Assembly (NCBI GenBank): GCA_977020255.1
Contig: CDROCS010000564.1
Location: 1-64,000, forward strand
Origin: Obrimoposthia wandeli
Lineage: Eukaryota
Reading direction: 5' to 3'
Length of the DNA stretch: 64,000 nt
Position numbers and translations under genes: made by a program. The notes under the pieces are model-generated. The model saw only the letters and a list, made by a program, of their open reading frames with translations. It was not told where the DNA came from and searched no databases. Of this stretch, positions 1 through 14,424 are shown piece after piece. Position 1 is the stretch's first letter. Every line of letters starts with the position of its first letter.

Positions 1-1149
1 GCATGTGATGTGTAGTTTTTGTGTTTAGCATGTTTTTTAGCATTTATAAAGATTAAGCATTCTATACATGATTTGACGTAATTTGAAATGTTCGCATGTT
101 TTTCCAAATGTACGTTGTCTAACAACGAATGTAGCTTGATTCCTGTGTGATGAGTATTGTGGTAGTGTTTACCCATTTCTGTTCATGTTCTTGGTAAATT
201 AGTTCTGATCAGTCCTGGGTTGTTATTTCCGTACCGTTTGAGTTTTTGAATGTTGGAAGATTTTGGCGTAGTTCTTCGTTTTATGTTTTGTTTATTTATT
301 ATTTCGTGTTTTCGAAAGAGTTGTTCTATATTGTTGATTGTTTCAGATGGTCTCGATAAATGTATCACTTCCCGGATATGTTGGATGAAACTGGAACATA
401 ATTTATGGATGTATTGAATTGTGAAATGTAATTGAGTTGTATCGACTGTCAAGGGGTAGGGGTGTTTCATTGTGAGTGCATGTAAGGAGTGGCTGTGATC
501 GGTGAATGTGTTGAATGTTTTGTCAATTAGCATGTTTCGAAGTGTTTTATAGCTTGATGGATGACGAGAATTTCTCTTGTCGACCATGGATTGTTTAATT
601 TGGTTAGCTTCAGTTTTTGGTGAGAAAAAATGATAATGGGAATGTGTTGTTGTTTTTGCCGGTTGTGGTTCATAGATCGCTCCTTTTGCTGTGTTTGATG
701 CGTATGTGGTTAAGGTGAATTTAATGTATGTCAACGGGTATGTTGCGTTATGGGCTGTAAGATGTGCGTTTTTTGCGTTACTTCAAAATGTTTCATTTGT
801 TGTGGGTCTAATTTAATTTCCGCTGTTTTGTGTTTATTTTGGAAAATTTTATCAATATGTATAATTTGTAACATATAAGCTTTTGGTTCAAATAGTTTTC
901 CACTTTGGGTCGCTATCACCTTTATCATTGAAATTCAAATCTATATATATTGATATAAAGGCTGCTATTTTTAAAATTAAAATTTATTAAATTTTAAAAT
1001 ATTCTTATTATGGTAACTATTTATAATTGTTTGTGAATCTTTACTGTCCAAGATGATTATCTAACATGTTGACTACTTTCAAATTATAAAACATCTTAAA
1101 CAGGGGAAAGATATATGATCCCTGAATGTTTACGACACTTACTGACCAA

Positions 1150-1570
1150 TTTCCCCTATTATTATAATATAAAAAGATTACAACCTTACTGTTCATAATG
1201 CTCTCAATCATCAATTTCATAAAGGTTTACTTTTACCATGTTTTGTTTGTTAAACCTTTTGATTTAATTTAATTTTTAGTTTAAAATCTATACCTTCTCA
1301 ATTTAAATCATTTTTATATTTTAATTTATAATCTGATAATTTATCATAATGATCTGCATCAGGATGAAGATAGGCAATTGTATACTATCCAAAACAATAA
1401 GCATCTTATTTATTTCTTGATATTTATTTAGATTTAGAAAGAAAAAGGTATATATGTTCCACCCAATTGAGATTTATATTGAAGAACTTTTAAAGTTATA
1501 GATTTAACTTCTATTAATACTAAACAACTTCCAAAAACCTTTAAACTCTTGTTGTTGAATGTTTAGTTTA
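1150..1570 (-). pseudogene. Degraded fragment of a Polinton/adintovirus-type protein-primed DNA polymerase gene (N-terminal region)
   Basis: Minus-strand manual translation, with stops and a frameshift: FGSCLVLIEVKSITLKVLQYKSQLGGTYIP...INIK..K*DAYCF..TIAYLHPDADHYDKLSDY...DLN*EGIDF. This follows the GSGW..I..L.I.I.KY.PL.GGSYI / INIKN.D..CF.W.ILA.LHP / LN..GI.FP motif series that I recall from invertebrate Polinton-like PolB proteins. Confidence 0.55.
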
Positions 1571-4500
1571 CTTTGGATATTTATAACATCTTTATCTATG
1601 CTTTGATTACGACAAACTGTTGCATTTGACACAAACTCTTTTAAAATATTTACAAATATTCTAATATGATGTTTGAAAGGTTTTCTTATTGTTTAACTTA
1701 TAATAACTTCAGTCCGTTAGATTAAAAAAAAAGATAGAGCTGTAAAATTTTTCGGGTACTGATTTTGTATTAGGTTTAAAAGTTGTGATAAATCTATTCA
1801 GTACATTACTTTTAAAACCGTTTTCTAACTTCTAAATTATTATTATATATTGCATCACTTTATTCTTTGTACGGTTTGTATCTTGATAATCTTTATATTC
1901 TTCAACTACTTGTTAAATATCCTCATTATCTAAATTCTTTAAATGTGTTTTAGATTTTATGACTTTTATAAGCTGTTAAAGTTTGAAAACTTTATTACAA
2001 ACATCACAATAAAAATGGGTTTGGTATTGGTTTGTTATCTTTTTAAAAAAAAGGTTTACAGATTTTAAAATTGCAAAATTGGAAAAAAATTGGGCAATCC
2101 CAAGGATTTATTTGGCAGTTTTTTTCTTCTTAATTTTAGTGAAATTTCCAAAATGAACAAAGAAAAATGTTGCAACAGGTTGTAAATATGCAAGTAATGG
2201 GAATATATATAGGTCAGAGCACCACCCGATTGAGGAGAGAAAACGACGATGGTCATCTGTTATCCATATTCCTATTACTAATATTGTTTTATGCACATTT
2301 CTTAGTTGTGTTATTGAGAAAACTTACTAACCCCGTGACCCGTTGTAAAATTCCTGGCTGTGGCAAACTCATTTAAAATCAATATCAAAAGTAATTGTGT
2401 AATTCAGTAAAATTTATGTGGACGTATAAATAATACAATGATGCTCAATCCAACTTTACCTCTATCGATTCCAAATCTTTAAGAAATTTCATCCCTACAA
2501 TCTGGATTCCATAAAGGATCAACAACTATATCATATCTCAGAATTAAAATTTTCTAAAGTTCTCATACTATTTAGATAATATGCAATTGCCCATTTTGTT
2601 TATATGTCTCCTTTTGGAGTGATATACAAAGGAGAAAACGACCAGGACATAGAAGCTCGATAGACGATGGCCAACCAGCTTAAATGAATATAACAAAGCT
2701 TAGCTTGTATTTAATTTGTAAATAACAGCGGCGTGGTATTGTATAATTATGAAATTGCACGTTCTGTTTGAATGTGTGATTTTAATGCATTATACAGTTT
2801 CAAATTCAATATATATATTCGTCTTCTTCCATTCCATATCTTATAACTTCAATATATTAATGGCTTTCTCTTTGTAAGAGTGATATGAGGATTTCATTAA
2901 CCAGCAAATGTACAATATTTAAAATCAAATTTCAGAACAAATGCGGGAACAGTGCGCCAGTTTTGATGTTCATTAGTCTAATTTTGTCTGTCAGCCATTA
3001 GTCTGACATCCTGATCATTAGGGTCCCCCTTGTCTTGTAGCTGAGCGGGAGCGTATGCATTCTACATACCATATATATATTTTGTCTATCTCAAAAATCA
3101 CGGAATCTGTGAAGGAACTGAAACTCAATTTCTGTTTTTTATTTACGAAAGATTTTTGTGTTCAAATGGTTAATTTGAATGTTTCCGACACATCTATTCA
3201 ATTTAAAAAACCTTAAATGTATCGTAAAATGTTTGCCCTGCTTTGTCAAAAATATGCTCTAAAATCTAGCCCATAAACCGCGGTTAAAATTTAAAATGAA
3301 ATTAATCGGTACAATGTCTAACAATTAATTCAAATATTTTTTTGTTACTTTGAAACACTTTCAAATTTTTAATAATGATTTAAAATGTTGCAAATAAGTT
3401 CTATTATTCTTAAGAACTACAGTGTATTTTTTATTTATCAATATGCACTTTTTTGTAACTATATTTGAAATAACTTCTCATAGTACATCAAACCCTAATT
3501 CTACATGTTTGTGTAAGACTATTTTAACCTCTGTCCAAAATGGAAATTTAAACACAATAATATAATTGTGCTTCGTTCGGTGCATAGCTATCATTTCTTA
3601 AAATTACCTCAGCAAATTAACTTTTAAAACAATATTATAATGTATTTAATTCTTTTATTCGAGTTTATTTATAATTTAATCACAATGTTACATTTTAAAA
3701 ATCCCAAAAAGGAGCTCGATTGTGAAAATTATTTTAAAACATTATCAATTCAACAATAGATATTACAAGCATTCATTTTGTAAAGCAGTAAATAATGAAT
3801 ATCCTTTGTCAAAAAACATAACAATGGAAGCCAACTGTGAAAATTTTCTCCATTTTTCAACATATTCCTAATACGTTTTGTAACTGCTGGAAACTTTTCA
3901 ACAGGCTTATCTTGTTCAGTCCAATAATATGCTGTTTCTTTGGCTGCAATAAAGAACGTTTTTATTTTGTTATAGTTTTCTTATTTTTTTACACAATTAA
4001 AGCATAAGTAATAAATAAATGAAGAAATCATCTCTTAGTTTAATCGTATTTTTTAAAAAAATTATACGAATCTCTATATCAATAAGTTTTCAAAGTTGTA
4101 ACTTGATTCAAAATCTGTTTCTCAAATGAAACATATTTCAATAACCTCACATTTTTGAGATTTTTAAAATTTTATTTCTCTAAAAAAATTGGAAAGAAGA
4201 TTTTTAAATAAACCAGTTTTTTTAAACATCCATCTGGAAATATGCATATTCAAAAATAACAAAATGTTACAATTTTCAGCTACAATTTGCCATATATTTT
4301 ATTGAATACGTCGTATTTTTGCGATAGAATGTTACAACAGTCAATATACAGGTGAAAATACACATAAAATTTCGTAAACAACTTTTAAATAATCTTTTTA
4401 TAAGTTTGGGTTAAAACATTTTGTTATTTCTGTAATCTTATCTTTCGTTTAAGTCATTTTAAAAATCTGATATAAATTACGTTATAAAGATAATAAAAAC

Positions 4501-7500
4501 AATGACGTATTATTAAACGTATTTTATTGATCTAGAACGAAATTTAAACTCGTAACCATTATCTTCATCAACTTCGACATTCTTCTGTTGAATCTTCTTT
4601 TTTTTAATTTTCATTCATTCCCTTAGTTGCAGCAGTATGTTGTTGTCTTCTTGCTCTCACTGATGATCCGAATAATTTTAAATTGTTTTTCCTTGCTTTT
4701 GGTTTTGTGGCTAGGGCTGTATTATTTATCATATTTTATATGTCGATTTTTCATATTTTATCATATACGTTACTAAATATTAAAATGTTTTCCTTTAAAT
4801 CATCGTAACTACTCAATCTAAATTTTTTATTTTTTGTGTCTGATAATTTGTAGTGGATTTGGAAATACTTTTCTAAAATGAGGACGAATCAGAAAAATGT
4901 GGTCTGCATCCTGAGGTAAATTTCTTGACAATATTTACAATACATGCATACATTTCGTTTACAGAAAGTAATGAAACCCCCATTTATCATTTATGCAAAA
5001 GCCAACCTCTTCATATCATGGCGTATCCGGAAGAAATTGTTGCCATTAAGTTCCTCAATAAGAACTGAAAACATAACTAAAATTATTGTGAACTGTGTTA
5101 CAGGAGATTTTCAGTCATTGTCATTCACCGATGGAATGGGAATTCAAAACCTACTACTATTTGTGGAATCAAATTATCATTAACCTTGTCACAAAACTGT
5201 TCTAACAAATTTGAAGTTGGAATAAGAAAAAATGCAAACAATTTCCGATTTAATATAATCAAAGACTATGATCGTATCTCAATGGAGTACTACATTGATG
5301 ATGATTGGGAGCAAAAATCTGTTAACATTGACTCTCATTCCGTAGAATAAAGTTACACAGACGAAGCATTCCCAAAGACACAGGATATGAGCTGCTTTTG
5401 CTGAACTCACGACACCGTGGTCAGCAGGAAAAAACACTAAGTTTGACAATTAGAATGAAACACAGTATTGTACGTATGGCTTATTTACTCCAGAACGTTA
5501 TTCGTGACTTGCTTGAAAACAGGACTGCTCAAGTCAGTGAAATTTTCAGTAGAATATTCAACATTACAGTTTTGGTAAGATGATCTGAAACATTGCTGAG
5601 CATATTTCGAAAAAAATCGAGACAAACGACTACCTTATATGAACTAGCGACAGCTACAAATTTTCAAATATTATACAATTGAATTTCACATACATTATGC
5701 CTGAAACATTTAATAGTTTACATACAGAGATTGACTTTATAATGAAAACAAATATATGGCTTAGTTCAAACAAAAAATACGGCTTGATTTTTCATTTATT
5801 CATTTAAGCTTTATACGTGAGATAATCTAAATATTAAGACCTCTAACTGGACACCAAGCATAAAGAAGAAAAGAATGTATCTACCTCATCTGTTAATCCT
5901 ATCATCTTCGCAATGCTTGAAAATTTCAAAAAGTAGAAGATTACACATCCGAACTTTGGCAAACTAATGAAATAACTTACAGAAAATATGGAATTTCGAT
6001 TAAATGTAATCGAAGAAACTGTCCTTAAGTTGAAACCCCCTCAATTTTTGGAAGGATTATTGTAATACTTATCATCAATTTGCTGAAAGTCTGACGACTT
6101 CTTTTCTTCATTCAACAACACAAATTAGCACAAGAGAATGCATATGTATAAAAAGGAAACAGCTACTGCATTTGTTTTTTTACATCACAATAATGATTTT
6201 TAAGTAATTTTGTTTCTAAATATGCTGCTTTTGTTATCTAAAAATAAGGGCTCATTTCTGTAAGCATATTTCACAGGCGTAGCCTCATGTATTCCTTGGA
6301 TATTTATACATACATTGAAAAGTAAACGTCTAGCATGTTAAATTTTTTAACTACACCAATCCCTATTCGTAGCAATACTGTGTAAGGTAACATAAAGGAT
6401 TTCAGAAATGTAATTGTTTATATTTAAGACTTTATTGAACATAAAATTTTAATTTTTGAGCTATCAGTTTTTCAGCATTATTATTTCAATAGATTGTAAA
6501 TTATGTCAGGATATTAAAACGGTTCTTTTTAGGACTGAATCTAATGGTTTTATGTAAAACAGTAAAATTAATTTTTTTTATAATAATTTTTTTTGTCTAA
6601 AAATATTATAAAATTCCATAAACATATTCCTAGCCCCAAGGCATTGGGACCGGAATCGTAGCTACAGCCATAACACTGTTGCAAATATCTCCGACTCAGG
6701 CTCAAGATTATTTGTCATTTAATTTTTAAAACTTTGCTGACTTTTTTGATAATTTCTTTATTAAAGTATTATTTTGTGTCATAATAGTACATAAAATATA
6801 TTACCCAACGTTTTTGAATAAAAACTAATCTACAGCCGGAGCCATGTAAATCATGTAGGCTTAAACGGTATAAAGCGTTTCAGGGAAAATATCCTTGGCA
6901 ATTCTTCCCATTCCTTCATTGCAGGTTGATAAATTGGTAATTTATTTGAAGGCGATCAGTTACTTCGAAATTGTCTATTCAACATGGTTATAAACTGCAA
7001 TGTTTCAATTAACAAATATTTCACCTAATTAGAGTATTATGATTTAAAAACGACTTTAATAAGAAGAACTAAAATTACTATCTAAAGAGAAGTTTCAAAA
7101 TTCTATGCCTTTGAACAATTGAGAATAGAACAATAGATCTGTGAATGAACCCACGCCTTTGAGTTACGTAAGGGTTTTGTGTCCTTCGGAATTTTCGTTA
7201 CATTAACCCTGTGTATGTCTAGAATTTTTATTCAAGACTGCCACAAGTTTATTTTTTACTCCTTTCCCAATTTCAAACAATTGATAATGATAAATATTTC
7301 AAAGACTCTCAATCGACCATAATTCTGCAATCACTTTTCCGACAGCTAAAATAGCTACAAATCGATACTTCTTATCAGGAAATATGTAGGAAGTTGATTG
7401 TCACGAAAAAAACACATTGTAAATATAGAGATGAATAACGAAAACAAGTTTATATTTATTATAAATGAATTTTGCTTTTGACATTTATATAATGTTTGTT

Positions 7501-9623
7501 TGAGGCTTGATTTACTAAACTCTGGTCTACAGATAATTTTCAATATTTTCGAGCAGTAATTTGATTCTATCTCATAATAAACATACCAACTCTTTGCATT
7601 GCACGACTTTTTCAATGATCAAAAAGTTTCTTTGTAACCATATTTGATTACATAAAATCTTGGGCAAGTCAATTTTTTGTTCAACATGAAAATGTTTTTT
7701 GTGGCCGTCATTTACATTAAGTCCTATACCGACTGTCAATTCAGTTGATACAGAGTATTCATTGGGGCATATACATCTAATCAAAGTCGATATTGCCGAT
7801 AGCAATATGCTTAGTGCCGCTGACTCGCAAGTTGGTACTTTTTATGTGTTTTTTAATAATTTTAGAATAAAATTGGATTATTATACATGAATAAGACAAT
7901 AAAAGGTGATTATTTTATCATAATTATATTAAAATGAACTCAGGTACCAAAATGTCATATTTGAATTGTATTGTGAGATCCGAGAAATTGAACCATATCT
8001 ATCAGTGTCGTGTATGGATTTTGATCCCACTTCTCCAATAACAAATTCACCGCCGTTTTTTGATTTTGATACTCCCTGCTGATATTATTAGTTTGATTAT
8101 ATCCGCAAACAATTGCCCTGACTGTGTGCGCTCCTTTATTAAAAGAAGGCGCCAGTCTCATGCTTCAATCAAGGCCTCTTTGAGCTCCGAGGATATTATA
8201 AATTATGAAGAAAACTACATTTTCCTATGATTTTCTCTGAAAAACGACTAACACCGGAGTTACATCAGTCCTAAAGTTTTTTAAAATATAATATTATAAA
8301 CCATAATCTCCGAATGTTCATAAAACATTTAATAGTTCTTAAACTACCATCCTTTCATCGTTAGAGGTATATTTTCTATGTATTTTAATCAAAAAAGCTG
8401 CACTTATGACTTTTTACGGCACTATTCAATTTTTTAACACACCCTATAGTAAAAAATCACAAACAACATTTTATTCTGCCCTGTATGTGTGTGACTGTAT
8501 GCATTCCTTAGTAAGTAATTATTCAGCTTTTAAGGCAACATTTATTTTGTATAGATGCTGTTTTTCATCGGTAAGTTTTACTATGTATTATTATTAATCT
8601 TATCTTATACTATAGGATTGTGTGCCGACTTTTTACAACGGCACTAATCAGTTAGATTAGGTGTATTTGTATGTCTAATCATGCCGTTAATCTTTAGTGA
8701 AATTCGATGTTCACATATAAGAAATAAAACAATCAATCCAAATGGTACACTGTAAAAAACTGTATTTTATAAAGATTATGAGTGTCTAGATCTATTTTTA
8801 TGCTGATTATATAAAACCACTCTTGAATTTGTATCACATCTATTTTTCTCGCAAAATGCACATAAGCTATTTGTACAATACTGTTAGGATTAGGATTTGA
8901 TAAATTTTAAATAATTAATCTAATTTATATCAAAATAAAATCCGTGAAAGTAAGGTTATAAATTAAATAAAAAATTATATTGTTAAAATAAATCGATGAG
9001 AGTAAAAGGCAAATTAAATATTTAGGACCTTGAAAGGTCATGTTCAATGTGTTGTATATAAGGAAGTTAAAGTTAAATTAAAAAGAACCAAAAATTAATT
9101 AAGAAATAGAAGAAGAACAAGAATTAAGGTAATATTAGCAATTGACTGAATTATTCAACAAGAATTAAGGTCAAACGTCAGAAATCTCGCGACGCAGCAG
9201 CAACAGTGAATCATCGTGAGTCACCCAGGAAGTAAGGTGATAATAGAAATTGATTGAATTATTCATCACACAATTAAGGTCAACTGTCAGAAATCTCTGC
9301 CCATCGTGAATCACCAGCCGACAAGAGGATTATTGCTCGCGGACACACAGTCGCTTATCTCGGTCGAGAGTGGAATTTAGCAGACACACACAAGAAAATA
9401 GAAGCAACAGCTGTTTCGTGGGGTGAGTGTCGATTAGTAATCAGATCGATTAATCATTGCCTTGCAGGACCGTAAGAAGAGAAGGAAGGAAATTCGAGTG
9501 ACAGCGACACACCACGAGAAATTTAGACTATATAAGTCTAAATTATTATTAAATTTGGCAGTAGCAGTTATTATTTTGCCGAAAGTTGGAATCAGAAAGA
9601 CTCGTGATTAAATCCGAGCGGAA

Positions 9624-9825
9624 ATTTGTTAAGGAAAATCTCGGCGATAGATTCCGAGTACCCAAATCAAGAGCGACAATTTGTTAAAGTAAGTCTTGGC
9701 GATAGATTCCGAGCAACAAACAAGAGCGACAATTTGTTAAAGAAAGTCTCGGCGATAGATTCCGAGCACCCCAATCAAGAGCGACAATTTGTTAAAGAAA
9801 AACTCGGCGATAGATTCCGGAACAA
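9624..9825 (+). repeat. ~53-55 bp tandem repeat (about 4 copies) inside the solo LTR
   Basis: Unit agcgacaatttgttaaagaaagtctcggcgatagattccgagc..., with starts at 9672, 9725 and 9780. Confidence 0.85.
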
Positions 9826-10044
9826 CCAGATCAAGAGAAGCAAAAAGCGAAAATAAAGAAGAAGTACAACTAAAAACGAGGAGAGACCGTCAGAATCACC
9901 CAGAGCGAGAACCGTACAGTGCGATCACAGCACGCCAAGGGTACTGAGTAAAGGATTCGACTGACATCTGAGGAGGCAATCTAGACCGGACGCCAGGTTA
10001 TACGGAAGAGGTAAGGAACAAGCGCGAGATAAAAGTAGAACGTG

Positions 10045-10350
10045 ATTTTAAATAAGTAATTGTGAAACCGATTTTGGAGAATTTATAACTTGATTTTAAA
10101 TAAGTAATTTTGAAGCCGATTTTGGAGAATTGAGAATTTGATTTAAATAGTAAAGTGAAAGACGATTTTGAGAATTTGATTTAAATAGTAAAGTGAAAGA
10201 CGATTTTGAGAATTTGATTAAAAATAGTAATTTGGAGACCGATTTTGAGAATTTAGAGCTTGATTAAAATAGCAATTTGGAAGTCGATTTTGAGAGTTTT
10301 GAGTTGAGATAAATAGTAATTTGAGAACCGATTTTGAAAGTTTTGAGCCG
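10045..10350 (+). repeat. Degenerate AT-rich ~35-45 bp tandem repeats inside the solo LTR
   Basis: Recurrent gattttgagaatttgatttaaatagtaa(a/t) units. Confidence 0.7.
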
Positions 10351-10983
10351 TAATTTATAATTTGGATATCGTACAATTTGATAAACATATAAATTTGATA
10401 TCGTAAAATTTGATATCATATACTTTGATTTGAAAGCCTCTATAAATTAGAGCAAGTTTGTAATCGTTAAATTACTAGAAAGACTCTATAAATTAGAGCA
10501 AGTTTTGATTTTGTGCAATCACCAATATACTAGAAAGACTTTATAAACCTTCAACCCTAAAATTAAAATCGATACGTGGATCAATCCCACTTGTGTAGAG
10601 ACTTACAGAAGTCTTAGGAATTTTATTGTAACTTTTTAGAAATACGTACTTAAACGTATTAATTCGTGTTAGTCTAGTGTGTTAATAAATAAACGATTTC
10701 CTACAACTAGAAAGCATCGTTCTAAACCCTTCAGATTAAGACACAACAAAAAACCTTCAGATAAGAATTGAGACAGGCAAGCATAACATTAAGTAGGCCA
10801 CAACCAACCTTAAGTCCTGCGTCTATAGAACTCACGTTGGGGCCCTCCATTCAAGAGGATCTATATTAGAACACAGTTTCATATAGAAACCCCAACAATA
10901 CTATATATTTTAAAATATACAAACATTTAAATTCATCAAATATTTTCTTTTTGATAATCTGTTAGAGTTTGATTGAGAAATAT

Positions 10984-11210
10984 CTTGCCTTAAACTTCAT
11001 GAGTGGTAAGAAAATAACATTAGAGGTCAAGTCAGATGAGTAAGTGGAGAGTATCTAAGCAAAAAATTGAAGATAAGAAGTGTATTTCATCAGATAAACA
11101 AAGACTTAGTTTTGAAGGTAAAGTACAACAAGATAATCATATGCTGACTGAGAACGGAATAAAGAGAAGAAGCACCATCTACTTGGAATTACAATTAAAA
11201 TGTGAAACAA
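10984..11210 (+). pseudogene. Ubiquitin-like pseudogene
   Basis: Two frames joined across stops and a frameshift give SGKKITLEVKSDE*VESI*AKIEDKKCISSDKQRLSFEGKVQQDNHMLTENGIKRRSTIYLELQLK, which is colinear with ubiquitin [65 protein letters not shown]. No di-Gly terminus. Confidence 0.75.
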
Positions 11211-13986
11211 AGGGGATGATCCAAGTAAATGAATAATGGGAAAGCGGTTATTAAAAACGCAACTCATGATAAGGCGTAATATAGTGAAGCGAGTATTTAG
11301 GACAGACAAATAAGTGAAGATAAAGATGGGGAATTATGAGCAAAGGTAGACGAATAGCTAAATCGAATTTTGTAAATGGCTATTGAGTTGGAAGAAGAAA
11401 ACCGAGAAGAGGAGTTACAAAGAGATTTAAACGAGTTTGAAAAAATTACATGTAGGGTTTTGTCACCAAATTGAACAACATACATAAATAGAAATAGAAC
11501 GTTGAAGAATGTTCAAGTAGAATGAAAGTAAGAAAATATTTAACTAAATTAAGAAACTTAACATTGGAAATATTTAATGGAAAGTCCTATGCATATCAAT
11601 TTAGAAAGCGACATTCAACGTATTGATTTAATATGTGGCGGATGATAAGACGAGTTAGCTTCTTCGTCTGCATCAGTATTTGGGACGTGATTTCCGGAAT
11701 ATTTTTATGTAACTTTGTTTTCTGAGTAATTTAAAGGATTCCAAATCTATTATACTATATCATTTTCGTTGAAGTTTTGCTATTGATAATTTTCAAAGTG
11801 TTGTAATGCCTAAATCTATTGAAGTGTTTTAAAGTGTTATTTTACCTTAATTTCAAGAAACCTTTACTAAATTAAGTACAAATTGTGTTTTGTTTTTTAA
11901 TGAAAATGAAATATTACCATTCACATATTAGTAGCAGGTAATTATAGGTAGAAACTTACTTATAAAAAGCAAAGTATAGAAAATGCTCTTTCTAAGTCTC
12001 AAAATGGATATCAACGTGTCAAAGATAATTTCTCTTGAAAAGAAATGATAGCCCCAGAGAAATGTGATCCATTATTCACTTTGACTTTGAGCTGAATGAT
12101 TAAAGGACATTAAGCTGTAATTGAAGCCTCGGTTAACTTTCACAATGTCATTGATAATAAATGTAAAATTGGTTGCGAAGAGTTTCCATTAATTTTGGTA
12201 ATTATCATTTACAATAATTATTCCAGTGATAAACAAGCAAACACATATTACTCTTTTTATTAGAAACTTCTTGAACTATCGTAATAACACTATATGAAAG
12301 TGTAACTTTTATCAAATTGCACATTTAAAGGTTTCAAAATGTATAAAGATATTAATTATTTCAAATTTAGTCATTTATTTCTATCAATATCATTTGTATT
12401 TTTATCATTGCGTGACATTTATATGACTAGGATCATTTTTAAATCCCCTTTTTCCCATAACTAAAAATAAATATATATATAACATTACAGTGATCAAAAA
12501 CACTCATCCAGTTTATCAATGAGGACAGTAGGTAAACTTTAGAAAATTTCTATTTTGTACTCATATTGCCTGACATGATCAGAAAGACCATCTTAAAGAA
12601 TATATTTCTGTTAGAAAAACAATAAAAAAACTACACAAGAAAACAGCTAAGCAAATTTAGTATTTAATGCCAGTTAACAGACAACAGCCGTACAGATCCT
12701 ACAGAGAATTTTAGTCATAATATTTCTGATGATTAAGATAATTTCAATGGAATCCTGGTTGTGACTTGAATAAAAGTTTAAGTCAAAATGCCAAAAATCA
12801 AAATATTTTTTCCTAAAAATTATCTGACACCAGAGAACATGATTTTGATCCCACTTAACAGACCACAACCGTATACAACAGATGACATATTTCCTGATCC
12901 TACAATGATGATTATCATATTCGCCTAATATCTTTGAATGTCATCAGCAGAGAAAGAATACTTTCATATATGATACCAGATAATTAATATATTATGGTTT
13001 TATGGTTTCTAAAAAAAGGAAGTATTTCTAGAAAGATAATATTATTTTATTAATATCTTATTTTTGTAACGCATTTTGTTATTTTATATTATTTCATACA
13101 TTTCTATGTATCCTATGTTAAATTCCAAATTTGATAAAAATAATTATTTGATAATTAATTATGATAAGAAAATCGTGAATGTGAATAACAGTATTTATCT
13201 ACATCGTATTAGCAGATAATGAAACGAAAATTTATTGCTACATCTACTGAGGTGGAAGAAAAGTTAACTAGCGGTTAGTTTGTCACAAATATTGAAATGG
13301 GGATAGAGAAGGCTAAGAAGCACGTTTCAATTAAGACGTTACAGGATAGCAATTTGGCTCAACTATTGTCAAATAAAATAATAAAGCTAATATTTAAAGT
13401 ATTGACAATATAATTATTCATTATTAATTCTGCGATAATGATGTAATTATTGACCTCAACTTCAATAAAAACAATATCGTTAGATTAATAATGAATAATT
13501 CTATATTGTTTTCTTTTGTTTGACGGCATTTCAAAATAAATCATGGTAATTAACTTTTTCCAGTAGTAAGATTCTCAAAATTTTGTAATAATGCAGTAGA
13601 ATCTTGTGAAATTGAAAACGTAATAGTATAAAAAACATGCTTAATCAGTAATTGTAGACAACATGCAACATTGGTATCATATGATACTATGATAACCAAG
13701 TGATATAAAATATATAATTTTGACCTATACTCATACAATGTAATTTGTCATTATTTTTATGCATAGCTAAACAATGTATATAAATTTGGTCAATATACCT
13801 AATTAAAATAAACTGAATAAGCATGTACAAAATAATAATACCAAATTTGCGAAAACAATTTTGCAAAATTGTCAATTGACTCAAGCATCAATTTTGCAAA
13901 ATAGTGCTTATTTTATTAATTAGGTAAAAAGAAGCGATTTGCATTTGTTTTTCTATTTACAAGAATATTTATTTCACAATTTGAAA

Positions 13987-14424
13987 ATGGATCCAATGCG
14001 CAAACTATTTGAAGATAAAATAGCCCAGATGATCAAATCCAAAGGAGTGAATGCCTCTGCTGTGATGTCGAGACGACGACGAGATCCTGATTCGATTACG
14101 ACATCTGAGTCGGATACGGACTCAAAGAAGAGTGCCAAGGACTATCGACTTATGAGGAAATACGATATTATAGAGTATGGCGTCGACGATACTGCGGTAA
14201 GCAAACTCGCAAAAAAAGCTACTGCTTTGCAATTCATCTGTGTTGATGGGCTCTTCAATGTGACCTTTACAAATCATCTCGCTGAAGGACATGGAGGACC
14301 ACGAATTACATATAGAGCAGTTTGTGAAAAATATGCCAATGTAACTCTGGAACAGATTGAGGTGTACCGGAATATATGTGAGGACTGTCAATTGAAGAAA
14401 AGCATTAATAGCATTTACCAATAA
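13987..14424 (+). pseudogene. Truncated KRBA2-like (Ginger2/TDD-type) integrase/transposase, N-terminal and HHCC zinc-binding part
   Basis: DYRLMRKYDII...KL...HLAEGHGGPRITYRAVCEKYANVTLEQIEVYRNICEDCQLKK matches the H-x3-GHGG...KY.NIT...C..C..K pattern of KRBA2/SCAND3-like proteins. The DDE core is absent or decayed after 14424. Confidence 0.7.

Larger units (their letters stand above)
8882..10897 (+). mobile_element. Solo LTR (2016 bp) of a sister family of the giant Gypsy element
   Basis: Starts TGTTAGG and ends GAAACCCCAACA, like the LTRs at 20712 and 43817. Flanked by a 4-bp TSD ATAC (8878-8881, 10898-10901). The first ~200 bp and last ~370 bp are clearly homologous to the full element's LTRs; the middle is different. 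No internal coding region follows. Confidence 0.92.

Noticed and set aside
183-928. Two abutting minus-strand ORFs (183 aa and 65 aa) with ATGA overlap
   Set aside because: No recognisable domain; possibly a decayed mobile-element frame, so not annotated as a gene.
4800-5500. Coding-like, transposase-like minus-strand sequence
   Set aside because: I could not establish an ordered motif series across the frameshifts.
7955-8161. Weak resemblance to a MULE transposase C-terminus (TNN motif)
   Set aside because: Only one short motif, with no catalytic residues or TIRs found.
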